A stretch of 62,853 nucleotides of DNA, from IMG/VR virus record IMGVR_UViG_3300010338_001863; one strand, written 5' to 3'. Below are positions 44,427-53,962 of the stretch, piece by piece. How positions within the stretch are numbered: position 1 is the first letter of the stretch; each line of letters starts with the position of its first letter. A program made the position numbers and the translations under genes. Under the pieces are notes generated by a model. The model was not told where the DNA came from and searched no databases. It saw only the letters and a list, made by a program, of their open reading frames with translations. The stretch comes from an uncultured virus (IMG/VR IMGVR_UViG_3300010338_001863) (Duplodnaviria > Heunggongvirae > Uroviricota > Caudoviricetes).

Positions 44427-46994
44427 ATGTTTTTTGTAAATGATATCCATTTTGAATTTGATGAAAAAACGAATACTATAAACATAGTCAATCCAGATTT
44501 TTATTCTAGTTTTTTTATATTAAATAGTAAAAAGATTAGAGAAATGATTTTTAATAGCGTAAGAAATCTAACCAGTTCGGATATTATTAAAATAAAAAAT
44601 GGGAAGGAAATTTTTAGTATAAATTATAATGGGGATTTAGTAATAATAAAAAAAGCTGCTGATGATGGATACATAAAGAATAGAATAATTTATTTAATTA
44701 ATGTTGCGAATAAAGTATATCAAAAAAATAAAGATGAAAAGATAGAGAAAATAATTTCTAATTTAAAGAAACTAAGAGATGCCTATAAAAAAGCTAGCGA
44801 AAATTCTGACCCAATCTACAAGTTAGATATATATTCTAAAATCGAAGAATATCTAAATTTTTATAATAAAGAATTAGACAAATATACTAAAAGTGATAAA
44901 GAGCCAGAGCTATTTAAAAATTACGAAATAGTTGATTTAAGAGTTTTAAATGATAAATTTGATATTTTGGATTATATAGGATTAAAAAAGGAAATAAATG
45001 ATATTTTTAAAAAATATAAAGATTTTCCTTATTTGTTGAGTTTCTATTTAGGAAATTCAAGAGAACGAATTAGAAAAGAAATTGATAAAAGGAAAAACTC
45101 TATCCTTAATATAATTAAAAATAAATTAAATGAGTTGGATATCTCTCCAACTCAGAAAATTATAGAATTTAAGAATATTAAAGAGAATATAGAAAACCTT
45201 TATCCTAAAAAAGAAGATATTATAAATGCCCACGATGATGAATTGTTAGAAGAACATAAAAAAAGTTTAAAAGAAGACATTGAAAATTCTTATAAACGAA
45301 GAAAATTAGAAGAAGAAGAAGAGGCAAATTTAAAAAAGATATTAGATCGTTCTCCAGAAGAGGTAAAAGAAATAATGAGAAAAAAAGAGAAAAATAGATT
45401 AAAAGATATTGATAGAAGGAAAAAGGATGAAATGGCTGAAAGAGAAAGGACTCTTTTTGAATATTATGTTGATAAATATAATACTTCAGTTTATTCGTTA
45501 TTAGAATATTATCAAAAAACAGTTATGGATATACAAAAAGTTTTGTCTTACATTTACAGAGTTAAAATAGGGATGTATACTTATAATTTTTTGGATTATG
45601 TAAAACTGGAAGAATGGGATATATTTTATAAGGATATTAAAAGTTTAAAACTAAATAGTGAATCATACGCTAAAAGTATGATAACTTATGATAAAGAAAG
45701 TGCAAAAGTGTATGTAAATGAATTCGATAAATTAATAAGTTATTTCGATGAGATGTTTAAAAAAATAAATTATTGTATAAATGAAATTAAATTAAATAAT
45801 GAAAATTTTAAAAGAGAATTGGAATATTATGAGTTAAAAGAAGATTTGTCGGAAGAGGAAGCAAAAAAAATAATTGAAGAAACTTTGGCGGTTAATAAGG
45901 ATAAAATTATATCTGATATTAATAAGATAAAGGAATTATCTAAAAAAGAATTAAAAAGAAAAATTGAAGATATTAAGTCAATGCTATTGAGGATTGAAAA
46001 AAAATCCAATTTAGATATAAAAAACCCTAAAAAGGATGACATAAAAAATAGCATAGATACTATTGAAGGTTTTGTGAAGAGACATGATGTATTAGATCCT
46101 TCTATTGATAAAGCTTTAGATATGTTAAAAAAATATTTTATAGAAAAAGAGGAAAATATTATGGAAAAAAAATCTTTAGATATATTCCATGGATTTATTA
46201 AAAAAATCGCTAAAGAATATGCCTTTGAGGAAGTGGGGAATATTAAAAAAGAATTAGAAAGAGCCAAAGTTTTATTAAAAAAAATAATGGGGTATATGGA
46301 TAACGAGTCTAAAAGAAAGATTTATGAAATAATAAAAGATATAGATTCTATGTTAATAAAGAAAAAAGAAGAGCAAATTGACAAAAAATCAGAAGATATG
46401 ACGACCCCAAATAAGAATGGAGAGGTTGTTACTCCAATTAAGAGCGGGGATCCTAAAAAGGATTTTGAAATAGAATTTGCAAAATCTTTGTCTTTTGGCA
46501 AAACTAAAGAACAAGCTATGTCTGATGCATTTAAGAAAGTTAAACAAATGGGGTATAAAGTTGAGTCTAAGAAAAATTTGATTAAAATGAATAAGATAGC
46601 TGTTGGAGATAAGGTCTGGCTTAAAGAATTTGATTATAAAGACGATTCTAATTATGGTATAGTAATATATGTAAATCCAGATAAAGTTATAGTTGATTGG
46701 GGTACTGGTATCCCTACGGAGGAATTACCTAACAACTTAGTTTGTGATAATTTTAATAATGATAAAATAAATATAAAAGATATACCTTCTATCCCCTCTA
46801 ATGTGGTAATTAAGAAAGATGAGATAATATCAAAAGCTATAGCCAATATACCGTTTAAATCGATATCTAAAATTATTGAAGAGATAGAAAAAACCGATAA
46901 ATCTTTTGTTTTGGTAGGAAAGAAAGCAAAAATGATAAATAAGGAAAACGGTTTTGGGCTAGTTATGTATGGAGAGGATATAAAATTCTTTTAG
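44427..46994 (+). CDS. large coiled-coil putative internal head protein
   Basis: 855 aa, many K-x-A/S motifs, SH3-like segment near the C-terminus. Confidence 0.6.
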   Translation: MFFVNDIHFEFDEKTNTINIVNPDFYSSFFILNSKKIREMIFNSVRNLTSSDIIKIKNGKEIFSINYNGDLVIIKKAADDGYIKNRIIYLINVANKVYQKNKDEKIEKIISNLKKLRDAYKKASENSDPIYKLDIYSKIEEYLNFYNKELDKYTKSDKEPELFKNYEIVDLRVLNDKFDILDYIGLKKEINDIFKKYKDFPYLLSFYLGNSRERIRKEIDKRKNSILNIIKNKLNELDISPTQKIIEFKNIKENIENLYPKKEDIINAHDDELLEEHKKSLKEDIENSYKRRKLEEEEEANLKKILDRSPEEVKEIMRKKEKNRLKDIDRRKKDEMAERERTLFEYYVDKYNTSVYSLLEYYQKTVMDIQKVLSYIYRVKIGMYTYNFLDYVKLEEWDIFYKDIKSLKLNSESYAKSMITYDKESAKVYVNEFDKLISYFDEMFKKINYCINEIKLNNENFKRELEYYELKEDLSEEEAKKIIEETLAVNKDKIISDINKIKELSKKELKRKIEDIKSMLLRIEKKSNLDIKNPKKDDIKNSIDTIEGFVKRHDVLDPSIDKALDMLKKYFIEKEENIMEKKSLDIFHGFIKKIAKEYAFEEVGNIKKELERAKVLLKKIMGYMDNESKRKIYEIIKDIDSMLIKKKEEQIDKKSEDMTTPNKNGEVVTPIKSGDPKKDFEIEFAKSLSFGKTKEQAMSDAFKKVKQMGYKVESKKNLIKMNKIAVGDKVWLKEFDYKDDSNYGIVIYVNPDKVIVDWGTGIPTEELPNNLVCDNFNNDKINIKDIPSIPSNVVIKKDEIISKAIANIPFKSISKIIEEIEKTDKSFVLVGKKAKMINKENGFGLVMYGEDIKFF

Positions 46995-47003
46995 GAGGAT
47001 AAG

Positions 47004-47192
47004 ATGGAAATAGAAAAGGAAATACAAAAGTATACTGAAGAAATAAAAAAAATACAGGAAGAAATTAATAAAATAGATATGAGAAAAAATGAGTTATTAA
47101 AAATGGGTTTTAGGATAGAAGGGATTTTAAGTTATTTAAATGGGTTATTAAATGATAAAGATAAATCCAATAGCGGAAGTCCAGAAGTATAA
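47004..47192 (+). CDS. small coiled-coil protein
   Basis: 62 aa, AGGAGG RBS. Confidence 0.65.
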   Translation: MEIEKEIQKYTEEIKKIQEEINKIDMRKNELLKMGFRIEGILSYLNGLLNDKDKSNSGSPEV

Positions 47193-48129
47193 ATTAAAAA
47201 TAGATCCATTGGGGAATTTGAAATATAGGATATCATGGGATCCTCCTAATGATATATCAGTTTCTGGTTATAAAGTGTTTGCTGGATTTGAGCCTTTTTA
47301 CATTAGATCGCTTATATCTGGATTTGACCCGCTTCCCGCTTCTCAAACATCTTTTGAATTCCAATTCCCAAATACGGTTCATACTGATATGGATATATAT
47401 TTTTGGGTTGGGTATATTCATAATGGTAGCCTTTTTTTTATTAATGAGTTAGGTAAAAACGAAAGAGATTCTATAGAATATAATATAATGTATCCAAGTC
47501 AGCATTCTTATCAAACTAGCATATATATAGCTGATGATATGAAATATTTTTTTGAAGAAATAAGGAGAAGGGCTAAGGCTGTATGGGAAGATATATGTGA
47601 AGAGGTTATAATATATAAAAGTCAATGGAATGGTTTGCCAGATTCTTATACCCAACAGGAGCTAAATGATAACCCTACATATAATGAAATAACTAGAGGA
47701 GAAGACTCATATGGAACAGGTTTTTATCCTGGATTTTTCCCTGGGTATATAAGTAAAGTTAGATTTGGAACTTTGCCGCAATTTACATATGAATTTCAGC
47801 CTCAGGGTATAGTCCCAGTTATGTCTATAGATTCTGCATGGACATTGTGGGAACCAAATCTTAGGCAGAATGATTTGATTTATAGGAAATTAGATGGGAA
47901 ATTTTATATGATAACTAGTATTGGGGTTTCTAATATAAGAGGAATAAGAATAGTACAAAGATTGACGATTGAACCTATTAATCCTAATAGTCCATTAAAT
48001 AAAATAAACAATGAAGATTTGATTAGTAAATGGAATAATATAAATAAATTAGATTATTTAAGAATAGGTTTTGGAGTTATGCCTGGGAACAATCAAAATA
48101 TTGAGGACTACTTATTGTTTAGATTTTAA
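47152..48129 (+). CDS. putative head-closure/neck protein
   Basis: Fn3-like N-terminus; YGTGF..GF and WT.WEP.L...DLI motifs; upstream of the tail genes. Confidence 0.55.
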   Translation: MIKINPIAEVQKYKLKIDPLGNLKYRISWDPPNDISVSGYKVFAGFEPFYIRSLISGFDPLPASQTSFEFQFPNTVHTDMDIYFWVGYIHNGSLFFINELGKNERDSIEYNIMYPSQHSYQTSIYIADDMKYFFEEIRRRAKAVWEDICEEVIIYKSQWNGLPDSYTQQELNDNPTYNEITRGEDSYGTGFYPGFFPGYISKVRFGTLPQFTYEFQPQGIVPVMSIDSAWTLWEPNLRQNDLIYRKLDGKFYMITSIGVSNIRGIRIVQRLTIEPINPNSPLNKINNEDLISKWNNINKLDYLRIGFGVMPGNNQNIEDYLLFRF

Positions 48130-48141
48130 AAAAAAGATAGT
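48125..48141 (+). promoter_or_regulatory. putative late promoter motif, copy 4
   Basis: TTTAAAAAAAAGATAGT, 7 nt before SD-less ATG 48149. Confidence 0.7.
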
Positions 48142-48148
48142 ATTATAT

Positions 48149-48781
48149 ATGATAATAGGAGAATTAAAGCCAAATTCGATAGTAAATAACCAAGCTGTAT
48201 ATAGAGTTCCTAATTTATATGAAAAAATAAGGAGAGATCTTGTCGTTGTTTTAAGAGCTTGCTTTGCTAGCGAATATACTGACGAAAATATTAGATATAA
48301 TATAAATCCTAATAACACAAAAATTAAGATATATAATTCTTATCCTAAAACTTTAGAATTCTTCCCATCAATTATAGTATCTATAGATACTGCTAACGTA
48401 TCTTTTAAATATTTACAGGATGATTTTTTAAATGATATTAATGGTGTTCAGAAATATAACGGTGGAGTTGAATTCGGTGTTAAAATAGTTATATATTCAA
48501 GAAGTGTTGTGGAAAGAGATAGAATTGTCGATCACATGATATATTTTTTAAGAAATATAATTGTTAAAAATATAAGAGGAATAGGTGTTCATTATAGCAA
48601 TAATATAGCGATCGGGGATGAATCCACAAATGTAATAAATAAAGAATTGATATTTTCTAATGCTATAACTATTCCTTGCTATTCTGAATATGAGATAGAA
48701 AGAGAAGAGGAAGGTGGAGTTATAAATGCTATAGATATAACTTCAAATATACAATTATTTATGGAGGAGTACAATGAGTGA
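48149..48781 (+). CDS. putative tail terminator/completion protein
   Basis: FPSIIVS...IYSRS..ERDRIVD pattern; immediately before the sheath; start moved to 48149. Confidence 0.55.
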   Translation: MIIGELKPNSIVNNQAVYRVPNLYEKIRRDLVVVLRACFASEYTDENIRYNINPNNTKIKIYNSYPKTLEFFPSIIVSIDTANVSFKYLQDDFLNDINGVQKYNGGVEFGVKIVIYSRSVVERDRIVDHMIYFLRNIIVKNIRGIGVHYSNNIAIGDESTNVINKELIFSNAITIPCYSEYEIEREEEGGVINAIDITSNIQLFMEEYNE

Positions 48782-50381
48782 TTTAACCAAAATAAAACCG
48801 GGTTTTTATTCCCAAGTTGGGATATCATCTGAATTGTTTAGACAAATAGTTGATAGTGGATTACCTCTTATTATAGGTACCGCTCCTATTTATAAAGACA
48901 AAAAGTTCGAAATAACAGTAACATCCCCGCATCATTATTACATATTTGGGGAAGAAATATATTTAGCGAAATCTTTTATCGCTGATTATTCTAATGTTAA
49001 TTATGGATTTACTAATGGATATGTGGTTGGATTGATTGCTTATGAAGTTTTCCAAGATCTTGTGGCTGGAGATAATATAACTATTAAATATGGAAACGTT
49101 GATAGTGGATATGAAACTATATCTTATACTTATAATGGGACTGGAAGTTTAACGTTAACCGATTTTGTTAATAATATCCCCTCAGTATTTACTAATAAAA
49201 TAGGTTTTGCTGCTTTTGGGTCTAGATTATTTATTTATTCATTAGATAAAGATAATACTATTAAAATAGTTTCTGCGAGTTCTAAATTCGGAGTATCTAG
49301 CGGGAATAGACCGAATGCTATATATATAAGTAACGCATTGTTTAATAAAAAATGTTCTATTACTTTGTCTGTTTTTAAAACAGATGAAGATTATAAAGTT
49401 AATCTTATTACTAATGAGCAAAATGGATACGCCCTGTATTCTGATGATATGGGATATTCTATCCCTGTAGCTATATATTCTGCATATCTTAATAATGCAG
49501 AAAATTTCTTGGTATATCAATTGAAATTGGAAGAGGAGTATACTTCTGATGATATTTATTCTGCATTTGAAAATGCTTTAAAAGAGGCCGAAAAAATTAG
49601 ATGTAATATGATTATCCCGATGTTGCCTATAAATGAGTATAATATATCCTCTCTTATTTTGAATCATGTGTCTAAATGTTCTAGTGGTCAGGTAAGAAAA
49701 GAACGAATAGCTATAATGAGCGTAAGTGAGGTTGATTCTAAAATAGATATTCAAAATCTTAATTATAATGAAATTTTCGCCAATAGTGAGTATAGCAATA
49801 GGTTTTTAATATGCATGCCTGGGAAATGTTACTTTGTTTATAATGGTAAAACTTATACGTATAATGGAACATTTAAGTCGGTAGCTTTTGCATTTCAAAT
49901 GTTAAGTTACGATGAAGCTACTTCTATGAGTAGGAAACTATTAAATGGATTTTCTTTGGATTATCCAGATTTGAGAACTGATCAAGAAATTAATGATATT
50001 GTTAATAAAGGATATACATATATTGAAACTTTATATGGTAATCCTGTTGTGAGAAGAAGCATAACTACTTGTATTAGTAATATTGCTGGACAGGAGATAT
50101 CTGTAACAAGATCTATAGATAGAGTTGTAAAAGAATTAAGAGAGACTCTTGAATCTAATTATGTGGGTCAAAAAAAGATACCTGGAGAAACTTTGCATAA
50201 TATAGAAAAGACTACTATTAGTGTTTTAGATAGGATGGTTTCTCTTGGTATGATTTCGGGATATAAAGATGTTGTTGCATCTGATGATTTTGTTGACCCA
50301 AGAATGGTTAGGGTTAAATTATCTATATCCCCTGTATATGTATTATTGTGGGGGATGATAGAAGTAACTATAACACTATAA
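48774..50381 (+). CDS. tail sheath protein
   Basis: N-terminal KPGFY, IIGTA; C-terminal VRRSITT, EISVTR..D, YVG and DPR.V.V....PVY.L motifs. Confidence 0.88.
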   Translation: MSDLTKIKPGFYSQVGISSELFRQIVDSGLPLIIGTAPIYKDKKFEITVTSPHHYYIFGEEIYLAKSFIADYSNVNYGFTNGYVVGLIAYEVFQDLVAGDNITIKYGNVDSGYETISYTYNGTGSLTLTDFVNNIPSVFTNKIGFAAFGSRLFIYSLDKDNTIKIVSASSKFGVSSGNRPNAIYISNALFNKKCSITLSVFKTDEDYKVNLITNEQNGYALYSDDMGYSIPVAIYSAYLNNAENFLVYQLKLEEEYTSDDIYSAFENALKEAEKIRCNMIIPMLPINEYNISSLILNHVSKCSSGQVRKERIAIMSVSEVDSKIDIQNLNYNEIFANSEYSNRFLICMPGKCYFVYNGKTYTYNGTFKSVAFAFQMLSYDEATSMSRKLLNGFSLDYPDLRTDQEINDIVNKGYTYIETLYGNPVVRRSITTCISNIAGQEISVTRSIDRVVKELRETLESNYVGQKKIPGETLHNIEKTTISVLDRMVSLGMISGYKDVVASDDFVDPRMVRVKLSISPVYVLLWGMIEVTITL

Positions 50382-50393
50382 TAAGGAGATAAT

Positions 50394-50897
50394 ATGGGAA
50401 TAAATTCAACTAAATTAGCAAAAACTAATGCTAGGGTTCCGGCTAGTATTGTTATACAGATAAGAAAAGGGAGTGGTAGTGCTGTAAAGATTGGGGCTGT
50501 TACTGGGATGACTGTTAGGATGTCAAGAAGATTAACTAGAAGGTTTGAGTTAGATACTGATATACCTGGTAGCAGTGTAGAAATAGTCCCTGGGACATTA
50601 CAAGATTTAAGTTTAAGCATAAAAAGGGCAATGTTATATAATGCAGCTGGTGGTGGGGATTTTATTGAATATTTGAAAGAAAACGGCATATATTCGGCTT
50701 ATGATATATTAGCTCAAAAATTCCCCTTTGAAATAGTTGAGAAAAGATATAATCCAAGTGATAGTGGAGAAAATTTTAAAGAAATAACATATTATGGTTG
50801 TATGGTTGAGTCTATGCCATATGATTATGAGATAACTGGAGATTGGCTTATTATACAAGATGTTTCTATTTGGGCGTCTGGCGTTAAGTATTCTTAA
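50394..50897 (+). CDS. tail tube protein
   Basis: 167 aa after the sheath; KIGAV, EIVPG, PFEI and YYGC motifs. Confidence 0.8.
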   Translation: MGINSTKLAKTNARVPASIVIQIRKGSGSAVKIGAVTGMTVRMSRRLTRRFELDTDIPGSSVEIVPGTLQDLSLSIKRAMLYNAAGGGDFIEYLKENGIYSAYDILAQKFPFEIVEKRYNPSDSGENFKEITYYGCMVESMPYDYEITGDWLIIQDVSIWASGVKYS

Positions 50898-50909
50898 TAG
50901 GAGGTAATA

Positions 50910-51224
50910 ATGGAAAAGGAACTTGAATTATTTAAGGATATAGTTAATGATTTGGATAAATTGGACGTTAAAATAGGAGAACATGTTTTTACTATAGAAT
51001 CATTAAGTTATGGAGATTATATAAAACTTGGGGATTTGAGTAAGGATCCTATAGAATTACTTGTACATTCTATTAAAAAAATAGATGGAAAAGTATATGA
51101 CGCTAATTTTTTAAGAACTCTAATATCTAAACTTAGTATTAATAATGTTTCTGTTTTGCTAAAAGCGATTGATGATATTTATAAAAGAGAAGATGGGATA
51201 GCCGAATCTGTAAAAAAAAATTAA
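50910..51224 (+). CDS. tail assembly chaperone (G-like)
   Basis: Between tube and tape measure; ends KKN* on an A9 slippery run. Confidence 0.75.
   Translation: MEKELELFKDIVNDLDKLDVKIGEHVFTIESLSYGDYIKLGDLSKDPIELLVHSIKKIDGKVYDANFLRTLISKLSINNVSVLLKAIDDIYKREDGIAESVKKN
51212..51221 (+). promoter_or_regulatory. programmed -1 ribosomal frameshift site
   Basis: A AAA AAT heptamer just before the stop; the -1 frame is open to 51529. Confidence 0.8.
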
Positions 51225-51529
51225 CAAATATAGATGAGCTTAAAAACTTGCCAGAAGATGTAGTTTTTGAGGTTGCTTTTAGCTTTAAGTTAAGCCCCGA
51301 CGAAATAATTAAATGGAAATATTATAAAATATTGTGGTATTATATGTATATTAAAAAGAAAGAGATCTTAGAATCAGAAAAAAATTATGAATATATAAAG
51401 ATAATGGGGGCTTTCATAAATCCTAGTATTGCTTCAGAACTCAAAAAAGGCGAAACAATATCTGAATCCTTTGACCCATTTTTGGAAAAAACACTAGAAG
51501 ATGTGAAAAACAATTTAGTTTATGGATAA
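51221..51529 (+). CDS. tail assembly chaperone frameshift extension (T-like)
   Basis: -1 frame LTNIDELKNLPEDVVF...; only a TTG start without SD, so probably expressed as a fusion. Confidence 0.7.
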   Translation, partial: LTNIDELKNLPEDVVFEVAFSFKLSPDEIIKWKYYKILWYYMYIKKKEILESEKNYEYIKIMGAFINPSIASELKKGETISESFDPFLEKTLEDVKNNLVYG

Positions 51530-53267
51530 TAATATTAAAAAAGCTAAACAAGAATTAGAAAAATTCGCTGATATACTTTCTGTTAGTGAGCGTTTTTCTG
51601 GGAATATCAGGGAATTAGGGAAAGAAGGTAAGAGGTTATTTGGAAAGGCAATAAATAATACTGAGAAATTAATTGTTTCTTTAAGTGAGTTAGATGAAGC
51701 TTTCGCTATAGAAAATTATACCAATAAAATAGCTCGATTAAAAGAATTACAACATAAATCTACTGGATATGAAAAAGAACAAATATTAAGAATGGAAAAT
51801 GAGATAAGATCTCTATTGTCAACAAGTAGGGGTGCTAAATTATTTGATGCAGAAACTATAGCTAAAAATGCTAAAGCTAAGCATGAAAAAATAGTTAAAA
51901 AATCCTTTGAAGATTTGTATGATAATTTTGCTGGATTAGCTAGAGATTTAAGTAAAACTCTTGGGAAGAGTAGTATTGGTGCTAAATTAGAATCTTATCT
52001 TTTTACTAAACAAGAAAAAGAGGGTATAGGTGGTGTTCTTGGGAAAGGACTTGGAGTTGCTGCTACCAAGTTAGGGTTAGAAGGTCTTGATAAGATATCG
52101 TCAACCTTAAATATGTTATCTGGCACATTTACGAGAATTTCTCTTAGTGCAGGGGTATTTATAACAGCTTTTAAAACAATAGGAGAAATAATTGTAGGTG
52201 TTACAGATTTGGCTAGAAAGTTTAAGTCTTTGTCTGGAAGTTTGCAGTTTATTGGTGGGTTAAGAAGTGTTGGAGATATTGGTGCTGAGATACAAGAGGG
52301 GGTATCTAAAAGATTATCTTTGACGGAATTAAGTGGGACTGGTAAATATAAAGAAATAGTAGAATTGATTCCGACGGTTCTAAAAGACAGCAATATGTTT
52401 TCTAGAAATATTAATGAAAACCTTTCTGATATAGCTTCACAAATGACAGAAATAGTAAAGCAAAGCGCTGTTTTTAATTATACAATAGAGCAAGCTGCAG
52501 AACAGTCAATGAGAATATATTCAGCTTTTGGGGCTAATGGATTGGAGTCAAATTTTAAAAGGCTTAATATATTATCCAGAACTCAAATGATGGGATTTGA
52601 AGAATTTTTTGGTAATATGGGTGGATTTGAGAGCGTATTCAATTCTTTTGGCGAAAAAATGTGGGAAGTATCGTTAAAAATTTCCTCTAGTATGGAAAAC
52701 TTTACTAAGAAATTAGATAAGTCCTTAATACAAAGATCTTTAATAGGATTATATTCTATGCCGATATCTCAACAATTAGGATTAAGTCTTGCCATGGGTG
52801 GGATGAGGGCTTATACAGAAATGATTAGCGGGAAACCTGAGTCTTATTTTGGGACTATTTCTAAGTTATTTGATATGGTAAAAAAGAATGTATCTAAAAG
52901 TCCTTTAGGAATTGCCGGTATTTCTAACTTTATATCTCAATATTTTGGAGCTGATGTAGCTAAAAGGTATGCATATAATATTGATGGATTTAGGCAAAAA
53001 TTTGAGGAAGCTTTAAGAATGAGGAAAGAGGATGAAATGAATAGGTTGATAGAAGAAGCTGCTAAAGAAAATTTAACTCAACGTTCTTTAAATTCTATAA
53101 AGGAAAGTGTTTCTGTTTTAGCAAAAATAGCTGCTTATGTTGAAGATATTAAGAATTATATAATTCTTTTGCTTAGTAAGTGGTCGCTTTTAAAAGTTGT
53201 TGGGGCTGGGGTTAAATCGAGTTTAGATTATAATATTTTAAGTTCATCTAAAGGGGGTGGTAAGTAA
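51522..53267 (+). CDS. tape measure protein
   Basis: 581 aa helical protein with Gly/Ala-rich segments, directly after the chaperone pair. Confidence 0.7.
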   Translation: MDNNIKKAKQELEKFADILSVSERFSGNIRELGKEGKRLFGKAINNTEKLIVSLSELDEAFAIENYTNKIARLKELQHKSTGYEKEQILRMENEIRSLLSTSRGAKLFDAETIAKNAKAKHEKIVKKSFEDLYDNFAGLARDLSKTLGKSSIGAKLESYLFTKQEKEGIGGVLGKGLGVAATKLGLEGLDKISSTLNMLSGTFTRISLSAGVFITAFKTIGEIIVGVTDLARKFKSLSGSLQFIGGLRSVGDIGAEIQEGVSKRLSLTELSGTGKYKEIVELIPTVLKDSNMFSRNINENLSDIASQMTEIVKQSAVFNYTIEQAAEQSMRIYSAFGANGLESNFKRLNILSRTQMMGFEEFFGNMGGFESVFNSFGEKMWEVSLKISSSMENFTKKLDKSLIQRSLIGLYSMPISQQLGLSLAMGGMRAYTEMISGKPESYFGTISKLFDMVKKNVSKSPLGIAGISNFISQYFGADVAKRYAYNIDGFRQKFEEALRMRKEDEMNRLIEEAAKENLTQRSLNSIKESVSVLAKIAAYVEDIKNYIILLLSKWSLLKVVGAGVKSSLDYNILSSSKGGGK

Positions 53268-53962
53268 TGTCTTTATTTTATCCTTTAGGTTTTAAATTTG
53301 ATTATGAAAATGAAAACAATAAATTATTAGGATCTTCTAAATTAGGGATTTTTAAAAAGCCTATTTTTAATTATTTTTTTGTTAATCCTAATTCATTGCA
53401 GTTCTCAAGGAATGCTAGACAATCTGTTTCTAGGACTTTCAGTGGTCCTATAGTTTCTCATTGGCCTAATGAGTGGGATGAATTATCTTTCTCTGGGCAT
53501 TTTTATGGATTAAGAGGTATCTCTGAAGCGATGTTGGTTGAAAAAATAATAAATAGAGAATATGTTAGGCAAAAAAAGGAAATACATTTAGTGTATAAAT
53601 TTAAAACATTCAAGGGATATATTACTAAGATATCTGCTTCTGCAGATGCAAGTGATCCTCTTCTTATAACATATAATTTTAGTTTTATTTCTATGGAAGC
53701 ATTTGATTTATATAGGATGCTTATTGGGAATATCCCATATCCATCTTTAGAATTAGATACTTTGAGTAGGAAAATTGAAAATATAAAAGATTATATAAAT
53801 TATCAAATAGATAACTTGTCATCGCTTGGATTATTTATAGTATCTTTAAGTGGTCAAAGCAAAGAAAATATTGAGGAATATGGGTTGGGGAGATTTGGGC
53901 AATTAGCTATTAGTGGTATTTCTAGTTTAATAAAGAGATATTTTCTTAGGCCTAGAGGATAA
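53267..53962 (+). CDS. baseplate/tail tube initiator protein
   Basis: VNPNSL, LSFSG and FKGYI...A..P....YNFSF pattern. Confidence 0.6.
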   Translation: MSLFYPLGFKFDYENENNKLLGSSKLGIFKKPIFNYFFVNPNSLQFSRNARQSVSRTFSGPIVSHWPNEWDELSFSGHFYGLRGISEAMLVEKIINREYVRQKKEIHLVYKFKTFKGYITKISASADASDPLLITYNFSFISMEAFDLYRMLIGNIPYPSLELDTLSRKIENIKDYINYQIDNLSSLGLFIVSLSGQSKENIEEYGLGRFGQLAISGISSLIKRYFLRPRG

